Below are positions 1 to 8,416 of a DNA stretch of 64,000 nucleotides, one piece after another (within the stretch, counting starts at the first letter, position 1; each line of letters starts with the position of its first letter). The position numbers were made by a program, and so were the translations under genes. The stretch covers positions 854,508-918,507 of the forward strand of contig OY970314.1 in the NCBI GenBank assembly GCA_963716475.1, given 5' to 3'. The stretch is from Candidatus Woesebacteria bacterium (GTDB lineage Bacteria > Patescibacteriota > Microgenomatia > UBA8517). The notes under the pieces were generated by a model that did no database searches, was not told the DNA's origin, and was given only the letters and a program-made list of their open reading frames with translations.

Positions 1-228
1 ATTCAAGAATGGGCAAGTGAGTGGGTGGCACCATGGATAAATGTAATGCTTGATATACCAAGTACGGTTCGTGATTGTACCAATTACGGTGGGACAGCGG
101 CGCAGACAGAGGTTGTTACCTACTTACAAATGGAGAGACTAATCCGTTCGATGATCACCACAAGTTATAAACAAAAGGAAGATGTCGGGAAAACAATCCT
201 AAGTACGGCGAAATCGCTTTATACTTAA
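1..228 (+). CDS. 3' end of hypothetical protein (runs off left edge)
   Basis: Frame 1 is open from position 1 (IQEWASEWVAPW...) to TAA at 226-228; converges on the next gene. Confidence 0.55.
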   Translation: MQEWASEWVAPWINVMLDIPSTVRDCTNYGGTAAQTEVVTYLQMERLIRSMITTSYKQKEDVGKTILSTAKSLYT

Positions 229-238
229 TATATCGTCA

Positions 239-1930
239 CTATTCGGCTTCGCCTGGTTTATTCACATGAGTTGTCTTCCTTTCGCTACCAGGCACGGCCC
301 CTTGCATCTTTTGTTCATAACCTCTCAATCCCTTATAAATAGCACCTCTTATTCTGCCGGTTTCCCAACCTGTTCCCCTCATTCTATTAGCAAGGTAGCC
401 TGCCCCTGCGCCTCCAGCGATACCCGAAGCTATACCAGTAGCCCCTCCGGCGATACCCTTAACCGGTCCATAGGCTTCGCCGATTGCAGTGCCAAATGAG
501 AATCTTTCACCCATAACAAGCCCTTTAAGCATATCCGGAACTTTCGGAATTAGGGCTATTATACCAAAACTTATGGCCAAAAAGATAAGGCCTGATATTC
601 CGGAACCTGCGCCAAGTCCACTGGAGCCTATGATGCCCGGCACCCACACGTTAGGAGTATTACCAAATACGCTTGTATAATAACTGCTAATGCTAACACC
701 GGCCTGGACATATGATTGAAAAAGAGTTGCCCAGGCAAACCAAAAAAGCAGGCCGGTTACCGGAAATACGAGGATGTCGGCCATAACTCTTTTAAACCAA
801 GAACCAAAACCCATAGAAGGAACAATCGCCCCTGCCAATATTTGAACAGGGGCTGTAATAATTGATATATAAAGACTAATCAATGTTTTAATTAAAACAT
901 AGGGGACTTTAAAGGTGTACCAGACTACAAGCACTAGAACCCAGACGGTCATGATTACGAAAACCAATGCTAAAACTGCCCCAAAAATGTTAAATCCTGA
1001 AAGTAAGATTGTGGCGAAATTCGAAACGGCAGCGAAAAAAAACAAAATTGCATACCCCAGCATTTCAAAAAATACCCAAAAACCTCCCATCCAAGCATAA
1101 CCCGGCCCCGTGCCGGAGATTGTTTGGTAAGCGGCACCAATGGAAGCCCATTTGGTGAGGTTTAGCAAAAGCGCAAAGAAACCCGATATAACATACATCA
1201 GGTCAACCGCAAAACCCGCAATGGCATAGGAGAAAGTAATAAGTATCATAGCCATGATCACTTTCGGGAGAGCGGACTGAACAGAAACTACTGTTTGTGG
1301 GGAAAGTTTAACCCTGAACATAATCATGAAAGCAAAAACGATTATCACCAAAACGAGAAGAACATAAGAAATATCCCTAAAGCCCTTCCAATATGTTTGT
1401 ACCCAACTAAGACCACCGTATCCAAAGCCCTGGGCCTTTACTGTAGAAACCAAAGAGAACTTATTTAGGAGATTCTTGGTATATCCCATTCCTGATAAAT
1501 CTCTGTTATCGGTGTTAAATATAGCAGCTACGACCGATTGGTTGTTATTGCCGGGGACCGAAACGAGTTTGGGAAGAACATCAACGGCCTTACCCATAAA
1601 GGTTGTAATTGCACCGGTACAACTAGTTATATCCGCCGTGCTCGTACCAAATAGTTTTATAAAACACGTGATGGAGTTCTCGCCAACAAGGCTCTCAACC
1701 GCCCTCACGGGCAAAAAGAGGAAACTGTAAACTACCCACTGGACCTGGGCGGCAGTGTAGCGTTCGCCGAAGATTTCATCCGCCGGGGAAGTGTTTTGAT
1801 CATAAACTTTTAAATACCATTCAAAAGGATCTTGACTGTACCAGGTCTGTGCCTTGACTGGGGTTAAATAGGGAGTAAAGGAAAAAAATACAGTTAATCC
1901 AAGTAAAAATGAAATGAGCAGTTTTTTCAT
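239..1930 (-). CDS. VirB6/TrbL-like polytopic membrane protein of CPR pilin/T4SS-like locus
   Basis: 563 aa, signal peptide, many TM helices, WKGFRDISYVLLVLVII...QSALPKVIMAMILITFSYAIAGFAVD typical of CPR VirB6-like proteins; next to pilin array. Confidence 0.7.
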   Translation of the reverse strand: MKKLLISFLLGLTVFFSFTPYLTPVKAQTWYSQDPFEWYLKVYDQNTSPADEIFGERYTAAQVQWVVYSFLFLPVRAVESLVGENSITCFIKLFGTSTADITSCTGAITTFMGKAVDVLPKLVSVPGNNNQSVVAAIFNTDNRDLSGMGYTKNLLNKFSLVSTVKAQGFGYGGLSWVQTYWKGFRDISYVLLVLVIIVFAFMIMFRVKLSPQTVVSVQSALPKVIMAMILITFSYAIAGFAVDLMYVISGFFALLLNLTKWASIGAAYQTISGTGPGYAWMGGFWVFFEMLGYAILFFFAAVSNFATILLSGFNIFGAVLALVFVIMTVWVLVLVVWYTFKVPYVLIKTLISLYISIITAPVQILAGAIVPSMGFGSWFKRVMADILVFPVTGLLFWFAWATLFQSYVQAGVSISSYYTSVFGNTPNVWVPGIIGSSGLGAGSGISGLIFLAISFGIIALIPKVPDMLKGLVMGERFSFGTAIGEAYGPVKGIAGGATGIASGIAGGAGAGYLANRMRGTGWETGRIRGAIYKGLRGYEQKMQGAVPGSERKTTHVNKPGEAE

Positions 1931-1965
1931 TACAAATCAGTTTAGCACAACAGAACAATTTTCTG

Positions 1966-4935
1966 CTAGTAACTATGAGCGACATTCCAAACACAAGCAT
2001 TATGACTTGTATTTCCGGAACCCCCAACCTTTTCGCAGAAATCTCCCCCGGGGCAACCGGAATATCCACCCGACGCACAACTTCCATGCGTGGTGTTGCA
2101 CGTCCAAGTGCTATTGTATGCGGTCCCATATTCCCAGACCCTGATTGCCGTCTCATAGTCGCTGCTGTCCCACGAGCAACTATTCGAGGCACCGGATGCA
2201 GCGTTTAGCGAAATTCCGTAACACGTCTTTCCGAGGAAATACGGTGAGCCGTTTTGATTTTGATTTAGAGTTTTAGCCAAAGCAAATATAGAATCCATTA
2301 AATTGCAGGGATCCGGTTGCCTGGTTGGATCCACCACCTTAACGGCATCCTTCACTGCATTCCAATAAACTTGAAAGTATGGAAGGACTCCTAAAATCGG
2401 ATCGGAATTCGGATCACAGTTTGGCATTGGAGAACAGCTCCAGGTTTGTACATTGGCCTCTGTCCAGTCGTACTTACCGGGGATATTAAATGCCCCTTCC
2501 CCAAACATTACTCCTAAAATTAGTCCCGGGGGAACGTTGTAACTTTGTGAAGCTGCCTCGACAATACTTACCAGAGTTGGTAGATTTGCTAGATTGGCAG
2601 AGCCTACTGTTCCGAGGTTGGATAATTTACAAGATCCGCTTGCTGCCGGGAGGGCGGGTAACTTACCTCCGATACAGGATATCGCCCCCGTGCTATTGGA
2701 TAGAGGGCCAAAAGAAATGGGGTCGCCATAACCCTTCGGTCTCAGAAGAGTCTGGATTCCTTTTAAGAAATATTCCGAAATTCCTCCTACGTGGGGGAGG
2801 TTTATATTGGGTGATGAGGACTGTGCGCCGGTAATGGTAACACTTGTTGAACCAGGCATGTCCTTAAGTGTTCCTATCTGGGTCCCGAGTTTTGGAAATA
2901 ATCGTTTGACAATTGCGGTAGGTCCCGCAACCAGCCTTGACCAGACATCTGTAAGTTTTGGACTGTTTGATGAGGTATAAAGATTAATATCGAAAGTACT
3001 GCTGCAGGTTTGTACAGGCGGAGGCGGTGGAATAGGGCTTGGTAGATTACAGCAGTACCAGGCTCCGGGACAGACCCCTGTACCCGTTGTTCCTCCATCA
3101 TTCCTGCATTCGACTTGATTTGGGACGCATGTTCCTGAACAGGAAACTGGTAAACCGGCGCAGCAGTAGCGAGTTCCGGGACATGTTCCCGTACCTCCTA
3201 TTCCTCCGTCACCCCTACATTCGACTAGATTGGGGACGCACGTTCCTGAACAAGTATACGTTGGAGGAGGCTCTGTACAATTAATACCGCATTGGTAACC
3301 GGTAGCACAACTCGTCTGACCGAATGATGTTGTACATACGTCTGAATTTGGATAACACGATCCGCCGAGACGTGAGCAGGGTGGATTGAACGTACAGGAA
3401 AAATTTGCCGTATATGAGAGGTTCCCCGAGAGTGGACTGGCAAAAAGATTATCTCCCCTGTTGGATCTTACCTCGAGAGTGTTGCAGGAAGAGGATGGTG
3501 CAACTGCAGTGTCCGGCCCGGTTTTTGGCTGACCTTTGCTTAAATAAGTGTCCTGGAGGGTTGATCCCAGTTCACTATTCTCCTGAGTGTGGGAGAAGAA
3601 TAGTGTGGACGGGGTTTGATTGGAAAACAGTACATTTGTGAGCGCGGCTCCGGAAACAGAATCGATCTTAATATTTCCCTGCAGGTCTTCCGTCGAAGAA
3701 AGGGGGATGTAGGGAAAAAGAGCCGAGTAAAAGTTTGGTTTTAGGGCATTATCTAGGCATAGAATTACCCCCTTGCCGCCAATGACAGGTATAAAATCAG
3801 GGGCTTTTACTTCGACACAACTATTGCCTCTCCAGTTCTGAAGGGCATGATAGTAGCTTACATAGTCCGGATAATCGGATCTTACCGGTGGCAGGTGGCC
3901 TGCCCACTGGTCTAAACGGATCTTCTGAATAAGGGGTGATAGTGAACCTTCGTAACAAGGTGCAGGAAATCCGCCTATTTCGATATTCCAAAACAAAACC
4001 GGAATGTTTATCCCATAAATGCAGGCTGCAATCTGGTTGTGGCGAATACCTGCCCCATTCAAAGAAGCAATAGCGTCCTTGACTGTTTGCGCCCTTTGTT
4101 GCTGCTGGACTTCCTGGGGAAGCAGTTTATTGATAGGCCCCGAATAGTTAATAAGTTTGTCCCGGTCAAGTACACTTACTTTTTCAGCAAGCGGGTTTAT
4201 GGTAACGCAGCAGACCTGTGCGCCAAGACATGAACTGGTTCCATCAGCCTTAACAAGAGGGTCGGGAACAGGTATTAGGGTATGGGAAAGACACATTCCT
4301 GGAACTATCTTTGATAAGTCTGAACACACCCCGGCCACACCACTATTCCCGATGCAATCGTCGCTTACAGTCAAAGGTGAATCCTCCGCTCGGTTGACAG
4401 TACCGTTAAGGTACCAGCTGACATACCCGTTAACCAAATCGGCATCGCTTAGTGGCGTGGTATAACCTGTCGGAGTTGTATAACCTGTCGGAGTTGTATA
4501 GCCCGTAGGGGTTACATTACACGACGGATCCGGAGGTTGAGAATTAGGGACACATTCCGTATTTCCCATAAAAGGAAGATTTGCGCCGTAAAGGTTTATG
4601 GTTATTAAATGTGGGGCTACATAGTCGGCATATGTACAGACATCTTTATTGCCGGTGATTACACATCTTGAGTCATTTGGATTATAAGTTTCGGAAACGG
4701 TTTCTTGTATGGTAAGGGTGTTTCCGCAAAACGTTGCGTATTCGTTCGTCGTAGCTTGACAGGTTGCGCTGGCCTGATAAGGTCTCAGAGAATGAAATTC
4801 CGGATTTCTGACTTGGTTACAGGGAACGGGCGGGTTGGGGACTTGGGCATTTACCGTGCTTATTTTCAATGAAATACAAATAAAAAAAAATCCAATTAAA
4901 AAAAACTTGAATTTCTTGAAAATTGGCAGTTTCAT
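1966..4935 (-). CDS. Large secreted Cys-rich protein with C-terminal lysozyme/SLT-like domain
   Basis: 989 aa, signal peptide, Cys-rich repeats, IVEAASQSYNVPPGLILGVMFGEG resembles the SLT motif I with catalytic Glu. Confidence 0.7.
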   Translation of the reverse strand: MKLPIFKKFKFFLIGFFFICISLKISTVNAQVPNPPVPCNQVRNPEFHSLRPYQASATCQATTNEYATFCGNTLTIQETVSETYNPNDSRCVITGNKDVCTYADYVAPHLITINLYGANLPFMGNTECVPNSQPPDPSCNVTPTGYTTPTGYTTPTGYTTPLSDADLVNGYVSWYLNGTVNRAEDSPLTVSDDCIGNSGVAGVCSDLSKIVPGMCLSHTLIPVPDPLVKADGTSSCLGAQVCCVTINPLAEKVSVLDRDKLINYSGPINKLLPQEVQQQQRAQTVKDAIASLNGAGIRHNQIAACIYGINIPVLFWNIEIGGFPAPCYEGSLSPLIQKIRLDQWAGHLPPVRSDYPDYVSYYHALQNWRGNSCVEVKAPDFIPVIGGKGVILCLDNALKPNFYSALFPYIPLSSTEDLQGNIKIDSVSGAALTNVLFSNQTPSTLFFSHTQENSELGSTLQDTYLSKGQPKTGPDTAVAPSSSCNTLEVRSNRGDNLFASPLSGNLSYTANFSCTFNPPCSRLGGSCYPNSDVCTTSFGQTSCATGYQCGINCTEPPPTYTCSGTCVPNLVECRGDGGIGGTGTCPGTRYCCAGLPVSCSGTCVPNQVECRNDGGTTGTGVCPGAWYCCNLPSPIPPPPPVQTCSSTFDINLYTSSNSPKLTDVWSRLVAGPTAIVKRLFPKLGTQIGTLKDMPGSTSVTITGAQSSSPNINLPHVGGISEYFLKGIQTLLRPKGYGDPISFGPLSNSTGAISCIGGKLPALPAASGSCKLSNLGTVGSANLANLPTLVSIVEAASQSYNVPPGLILGVMFGEGAFNIPGKYDWTEANVQTWSCSPMPNCDPNSDPILGVLPYFQVYWNAVKDAVKVVDPTRQPDPCNLMDSIFALAKTLNQNQNGSPYFLGKTCYGISLNAASGASNSCSWDSSDYETAIRVWEYGTAYNSTWTCNTTHGSCASGGYSGCPGGDFCEKVGGSGNTSHNACVWNVAHSY
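3049..3252 (-). repeat. Two in-frame Cys-rich modules, 111-bp period
   Basis: CSGTCVPNLVECRGDGGIGGTGTCPGTRYCC / CSGTCVPNQVECRNDGGTTGTGVCPGAWYCC. Confidence 0.85.
4460..4513. repeat. 18-bp tandem repeat x3 (TPTGYT)
   Basis: GTATAACCTGTCGGAGTT twice exactly, plus a degenerate third copy. Confidence 0.9.
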
Positions 4936-4977
4936 ACGCTTTCATTATATCCCAATATTTTATGTCGTACGAAGGTC

Positions 4978-5274
4978 TCAGGGGAGCAAGATATTGAAAC
5001 CGGTTACGTCCACCCCGGTGATTTTGTAGATAAGGACTAAAACCAGATAGGAAATGAGTATTATTACCAAACCGGTGATTGCGGAGGTTAAGGTTCTTTT
5101 GGCCCCCTCAACAGCTTTAGGGTCACCCCCCGAGGTTATAAACTTAAACCCGCCGATAATTAGAAGGATAAAAAGTACAATTCCTGCAAACCCTAAAGCA
5201 TAACCTACAATTTTTTGAAAAAGACAACCGAAATTGGCAACGGTAGCAATTCCGCTTGGGTTAACATTACACAT
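4978..5274 (-). CDS. TrbC/VirB2-like pilin 1
   Basis: GGFKFITSGGDPKAVEGAKRTLTSAITGLVIILISY motif; probable ATG at 5274 after GGTGGAG. Confidence 0.85.
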   Translation of the reverse strand: MCNVNPSGIATVANFGCLFQKIVGYALGFAGIVLFILLIIGGFKFITSGGDPKAVEGAKRTLTSAITGLVIILISYLVLVLIYKITGVDVTGFNILLP

Positions 5275-5362
5275 GTGTTTGAGACTCCACCATAAAGCAA
5301 TTCTAAACCACGCAAAAAAAATCAGCAAGAAGAAGATTCAGGCGAATTCCAAGAAAGTGAAG

Positions 5363-5710
5363 TTATATTGCCAGATTGAGATGAAGTATGTCAACGTGGA
5401 AGAAGGCGTTAATAAGAGCAACAATGGCCCAAGCGGCAAAGACTATGACAAGCCCAACAAGAGCAGCCGTAATCTGGTTTCTTGCACCCTCCGTTTGTGC
5501 TTTATCTCCACCCGAGGCGATCCAGCGGATCCCGCCTACAACGAGCATAAAGAAGAAAATAATAGCGGCGATTATTACCAGAAACCTTACGATGATAGTA
5601 ATAATGCCAGGAAAATCAAGTGTGCCAAGATTAGCAAATTGACCAGTTGGCTGAAGATTGACCTGTGTATTGCCTATTTGTGCGATTAAGTTTTTCATCT
5701 GCATAGTCAT
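5363..5710 (-). CDS. TrbC/VirB2-like pilin 2
   Basis: GGIRWIASGGDKAQTEGARNQITAALVGLVIVFAAW; upstream TTGACA-N18-CATAAT. Confidence 0.85.
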   Translation of the reverse strand: MTMQMKNLIAQIGNTQVNLQPTGQFANLGTLDFPGIITIIVRFLVIIAAIIFFFMLVVGGIRWIASGGDKAQTEGARNQITAALVGLVIVFAAWAIVALINAFFHVDILHLNLAI

Positions 5711-5832
5711 TATGGAATCACTAAACTCGTCTTGTCAAGGGCCAATTATGACTCGCAAATCCATATTATGGTTTAAACAGGGCGGTGAGTTGTGGCAGTT
5801 GGAATGCATGGAGTTGGGACAGGGCATACTGC

Positions 5833-6156
5833 TCAGCCAAGGGTGGGCAAGGTAAGTTTTAACAGATTTACATTAAAGAACACGCCGACCAACTGAATTA
5901 TTGCGAACACCGCCAAAAGAATTACAAGTCCTATCAAAGCGCTTGTAATGGTTCCTCTAGCATCTTCAAGCTTCTGTTTATCTCCGCTTGAGGCAATCCA
6001 TTTTATGGCGCCGATTAAAAGCATGAAGAAAAAGATAATCACACCGATTATAAAACCCCATTGGATAGCGTAGGGTATAAACTTTTGCACCAAAGCCAAC
6101 CCGGCACTGCCGGATGATCCGCCGGCGGGGGAAGGTAATATTGGATTTGTTATCAT
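5833..6156 (-). CDS. TrbC/VirB2-like pilin 3
   Basis: GAIKWIASSGDKQKLEDARGTITSALIGLVILLAVF. Confidence 0.85.
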   Translation of the reverse strand: MITNPILPSPAGGSSGSAGLALVQKFIPYAIQWGFIIGVIIFFFMLLIGAIKWIASSGDKQKLEDARGTITSALIGLVILLAVFAIIQLVGVFFNVNLLKLTLPTLG

Positions 6157-6167
6157 TATTGCTGTGC

Positions 6168-6548
6168 CTACAGGTTAGCTATTATATTGAAAAGGTTTTG
6201 AATATTCAAAATACCGGTTAGGCCCAGCAAGGAGCCGACAAACTCGATTATTACAAGGGCGACAAGAACCACGACCAAGCCTATTATCCCCATAGTGATT
6301 CTTCTCCTGGCGCTCTCCAGGGCTTGCTTATCGCCCCCGGAGCTTATGATACTTATGGCGCCCGTAATAATACTAAATATTGCCCAGATAATGGCGACAA
6401 TTGTCGTTACCCCAATTACTGCAGAAATGAACTTGGAAAAAACAGTGACAGCTCCCCCGGACCCGATAGGATTATCCAAGGGTCCGTTACCGGGGCCTTT
6501 AAGCCCACCACCCGGATATAGAGGGATGTCTGCCAATAGATTTGTCAT
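6168..6548 (-). CDS. TrbC/VirB2-like pilin 4
   Basis: GAISIISSGGDKQALESARRRITMGIIGL; ATG at 6548 overlaps the upstream TGA (ATGA coupling). Confidence 0.85.
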   Translation of the reverse strand: MTNLLADIPLYPGGGLKGPGNGPLDNPIGSGGAVTVFSKFISAVIGVTTIVAIIWAIFSIITGAISIISSGGDKQALESARRRITMGIIGLVVVLVALVIIEFVGSLLGLTGILNIQNLFNIIANL

Positions 6549-6898
6549 GGAAAGGTTGGAATTGTTGGTTTCAGGATAAATGTCGGATCTTTGAATATTA
6601 GCTCGCCGAATATTGCGGCTAAAACAAAGGCTCCGGCTGCAAATGCCAGTCCCAGGGCTGTTTGCCAAATTTTTGCCCAAGCCCCGGCGACCTTTTTGGG
6701 ATCGTCTCCGGCAGACATAAAAGCGTATCCGGCCAAAATAAAATTAAACAAGGCATAGACTCCGGCACCAACAATTAAAATCCAAATAACGGATTGTATC
6801 AATTTCCCTATTGCGGCACCCGGGGTTGGTGCATACGTTGCAAGCGAACCCGGCAAGGTTACATTGCCAAAGGGGTTTTGTGCTAAATAATGAATCAT
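6545..6898 (-). CDS. TrbC/VirB2-like pilin 5
   Basis: AGYAFMSAGDDPKKVAGAWAKIWQTALGL. Confidence 0.85.
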   Translation of the reverse strand: MIHYLAQNPFGNVTLPGSLATYAPTPGAAIGKLIQSVIWILIVGAGVYALFNFILAGYAFMSAGDDPKKVAGAWAKIWQTALGLAFAAGAFVLAAIFGELIFKDPTFILKPTIPTFP

Positions 6899-6899
6899 T

Positions 6900-7199
6900 T
6901 TAAAAAATATTCGGTATTCCTAAAAGGGAACTTATTAATTTTACTATCCAATATGATGTGAATACAATAACAAAGCCGATTACGGCTGAAGTTATGGTTT
7001 TTTTTGCCTGTTCCGCTTTTTGGGGATCGTTTTGCCCGGCCGATCCTATCATTCCAATCCCTCCCATGATGAAAAAGAAAAGTAGAATCAATCCGGAAAG
7101 AATGAAGGCGACGTTTAGAAAAATGGTGACGAGCCTACTTACGCTATTAATACTTTGGAAACTTGATGTTCCGCCGAAAAGGGTATAACCGATATTCAC
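6900..7199 (-). CDS. TrbC/VirB2-like pilin 6
   Basis: GGIGMIGSAGQNDPQKAEQAKKTITSAVIGFVIVFTSY; GTG start 6 nt after TACAAT. Confidence 0.85.
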   Translation of the reverse strand: MNIGYTLFGGTSSFQSINSVSRLVTIFLNVAFILSGLILLFFFIMGGIGMIGSAGQNDPQKAEQAKKTITSAVIGFVIVFTSYWIVKLISSLLGIPNIF

Positions 7200-7246
7200 A
7201 AGACTATTGTATTACGATGAACACATCTAGACAAGTCAAGTGTATG

Positions 7247-7582
7247 TTATGGAGGAGTCCCGAATACCTTTCCGAAAAGCGTATTCTGAAGGTTAAAGAG
7301 CTGACCGAATATCTGGACTATAAAAAAGGCAAAGATAATAATTACAAAACCAATCAGGGCATTGGTGATTTTGGCTTGTGCAGACTGCATAGCCTTGGGG
7401 TCACCCCTCGACAACATCATCTGCAACCCTCCTATCACCAAGTAAACTAAGAGAGCAATCCCAGCGGCACCAAAAATATAAGGAAGAAGAATTGATATTA
7501 ATTTTCCAATGTTTGGTATTGTAAATTGGAGAGGTATTCCGGCCAGGTTTTGGACCGCGTCAAAGTTTAGTGCTAATTGCAT
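7247..7582 (-). CDS. TrbC/VirB2-like pilin 7
   Basis: GGLQMMLSRGDPKAMQSAQAKITNALIGFVIIIFAF. Confidence 0.85.
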   Translation of the reverse strand: MQLALNFDAVQNLAGIPLQFTIPNIGKLISILLPYIFGAAGIALLVYLVIGGLQMMLSRGDPKAMQSAQAKITNALIGFVIIIFAFFIVQIFGQLFNLQNTLFGKVFGTPP

Positions 7583-7589
7583 AGTATTA

Positions 7590-8285
7590 TTAACCAAAGC
7601 CAAATACGTTTAATCCCAGTATATCAATTCCCAGAAATTTAAGTATAAAAACAGAGAAAATTAAAAGAATCAGGCCGGAAATTGCGGATGTTAAAAGTTC
7701 CTGACCGGCCTTGAGCCTCTCGGGATTCCCCGCAGCGGTCATAATCATGAATCCGGCGTATAGCATTAAGAGAAATGCAATACCTCCGCCTATGCCCACA
7801 GCCCATCGTAAAATATTTCCCAAAAAGACCTCAGGACTACTAAAGTCGATACAGCCGATGGCGGTATTAATACTATTTGCGCTACTGCAATTAAGGTTTG
7901 TTGTGTTGGGAGTTGGAGCTGGAGTTGTGTTGGGAGTTGGAGCTGGAGTTGTTTGCGGAACTGTATGACAGGTGATAGGAGGGCTGTCTCCAACGTGCCC
8001 CCAACAATATGGGGCACTAGAGCAGCATTGGATTGCTACGCATGACACACCATTTCCAGCACACGTGGCAGAGGGTTGTTGGCACTGGCACGTTGCCAGA
8101 CTGCCTGGCCCACCTACCGTTATTTGAACGACAACGCAGGGGAGGGTGCAGCCATAATTAGGATAACCAGTAAGTTCCATGCAACCCATCACGCTTGAAG
8201 GGCAGGCTGCTAGTGCAAAAACTTTCTGGGGTAATAAAAAAGAAATCAGTAGAAGTAATATGGAGAAAACAAATATTCTTTTCAT
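7590..8285 (-). CDS. Pilin 8 with Cys-rich N-terminal extension and Pro/Thr linker
   Basis: Signal peptide, Cys-rich head, TTPAPTPN x2, NTAIGCI, then AGFMIMTAAGNPERLKAGQELLTSAISGL pilin motif. Confidence 0.85.
   Translation of the reverse strand: MKRIFVFSILLLLISFLLPQKVFALAACPSSVMGCMELTGYPNYGCTLPCVVVQITVGGPGSLATCQCQQPSATCAGNGVSCVAIQCCSSAPYCWGHVGDSPPITCHTVPQTTPAPTPNTTPAPTPNTTNLNCSSANSINTAIGCIDFSSPEVFLGNILRWAVGIGGGIAFLLMLYAGFMIMTAAGNPERLKAGQELLTSAISGLILLIFSVFILKFLGIDILGLNVFGFG
7900..7952. repeat. 24-bp tandem repeat x2 (TTPAPTPN linker)
   Basis: GTTGTGTTGGGAGTTGGAGCTGGA at 7900 and 7924. Confidence 0.9.
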
Positions 8286-8416
8286 TAAATATATTCTAGA
8301 GCAATTGGACAAAAACTAAAAGTATGGGCTGGTATATCGCACTCGTGCGATATTTCAACGTTCAATTCAGGTCGGTCAAGCCCGTCATTTTTGAATGTTG
8401 GTATAATGGAATGCCT

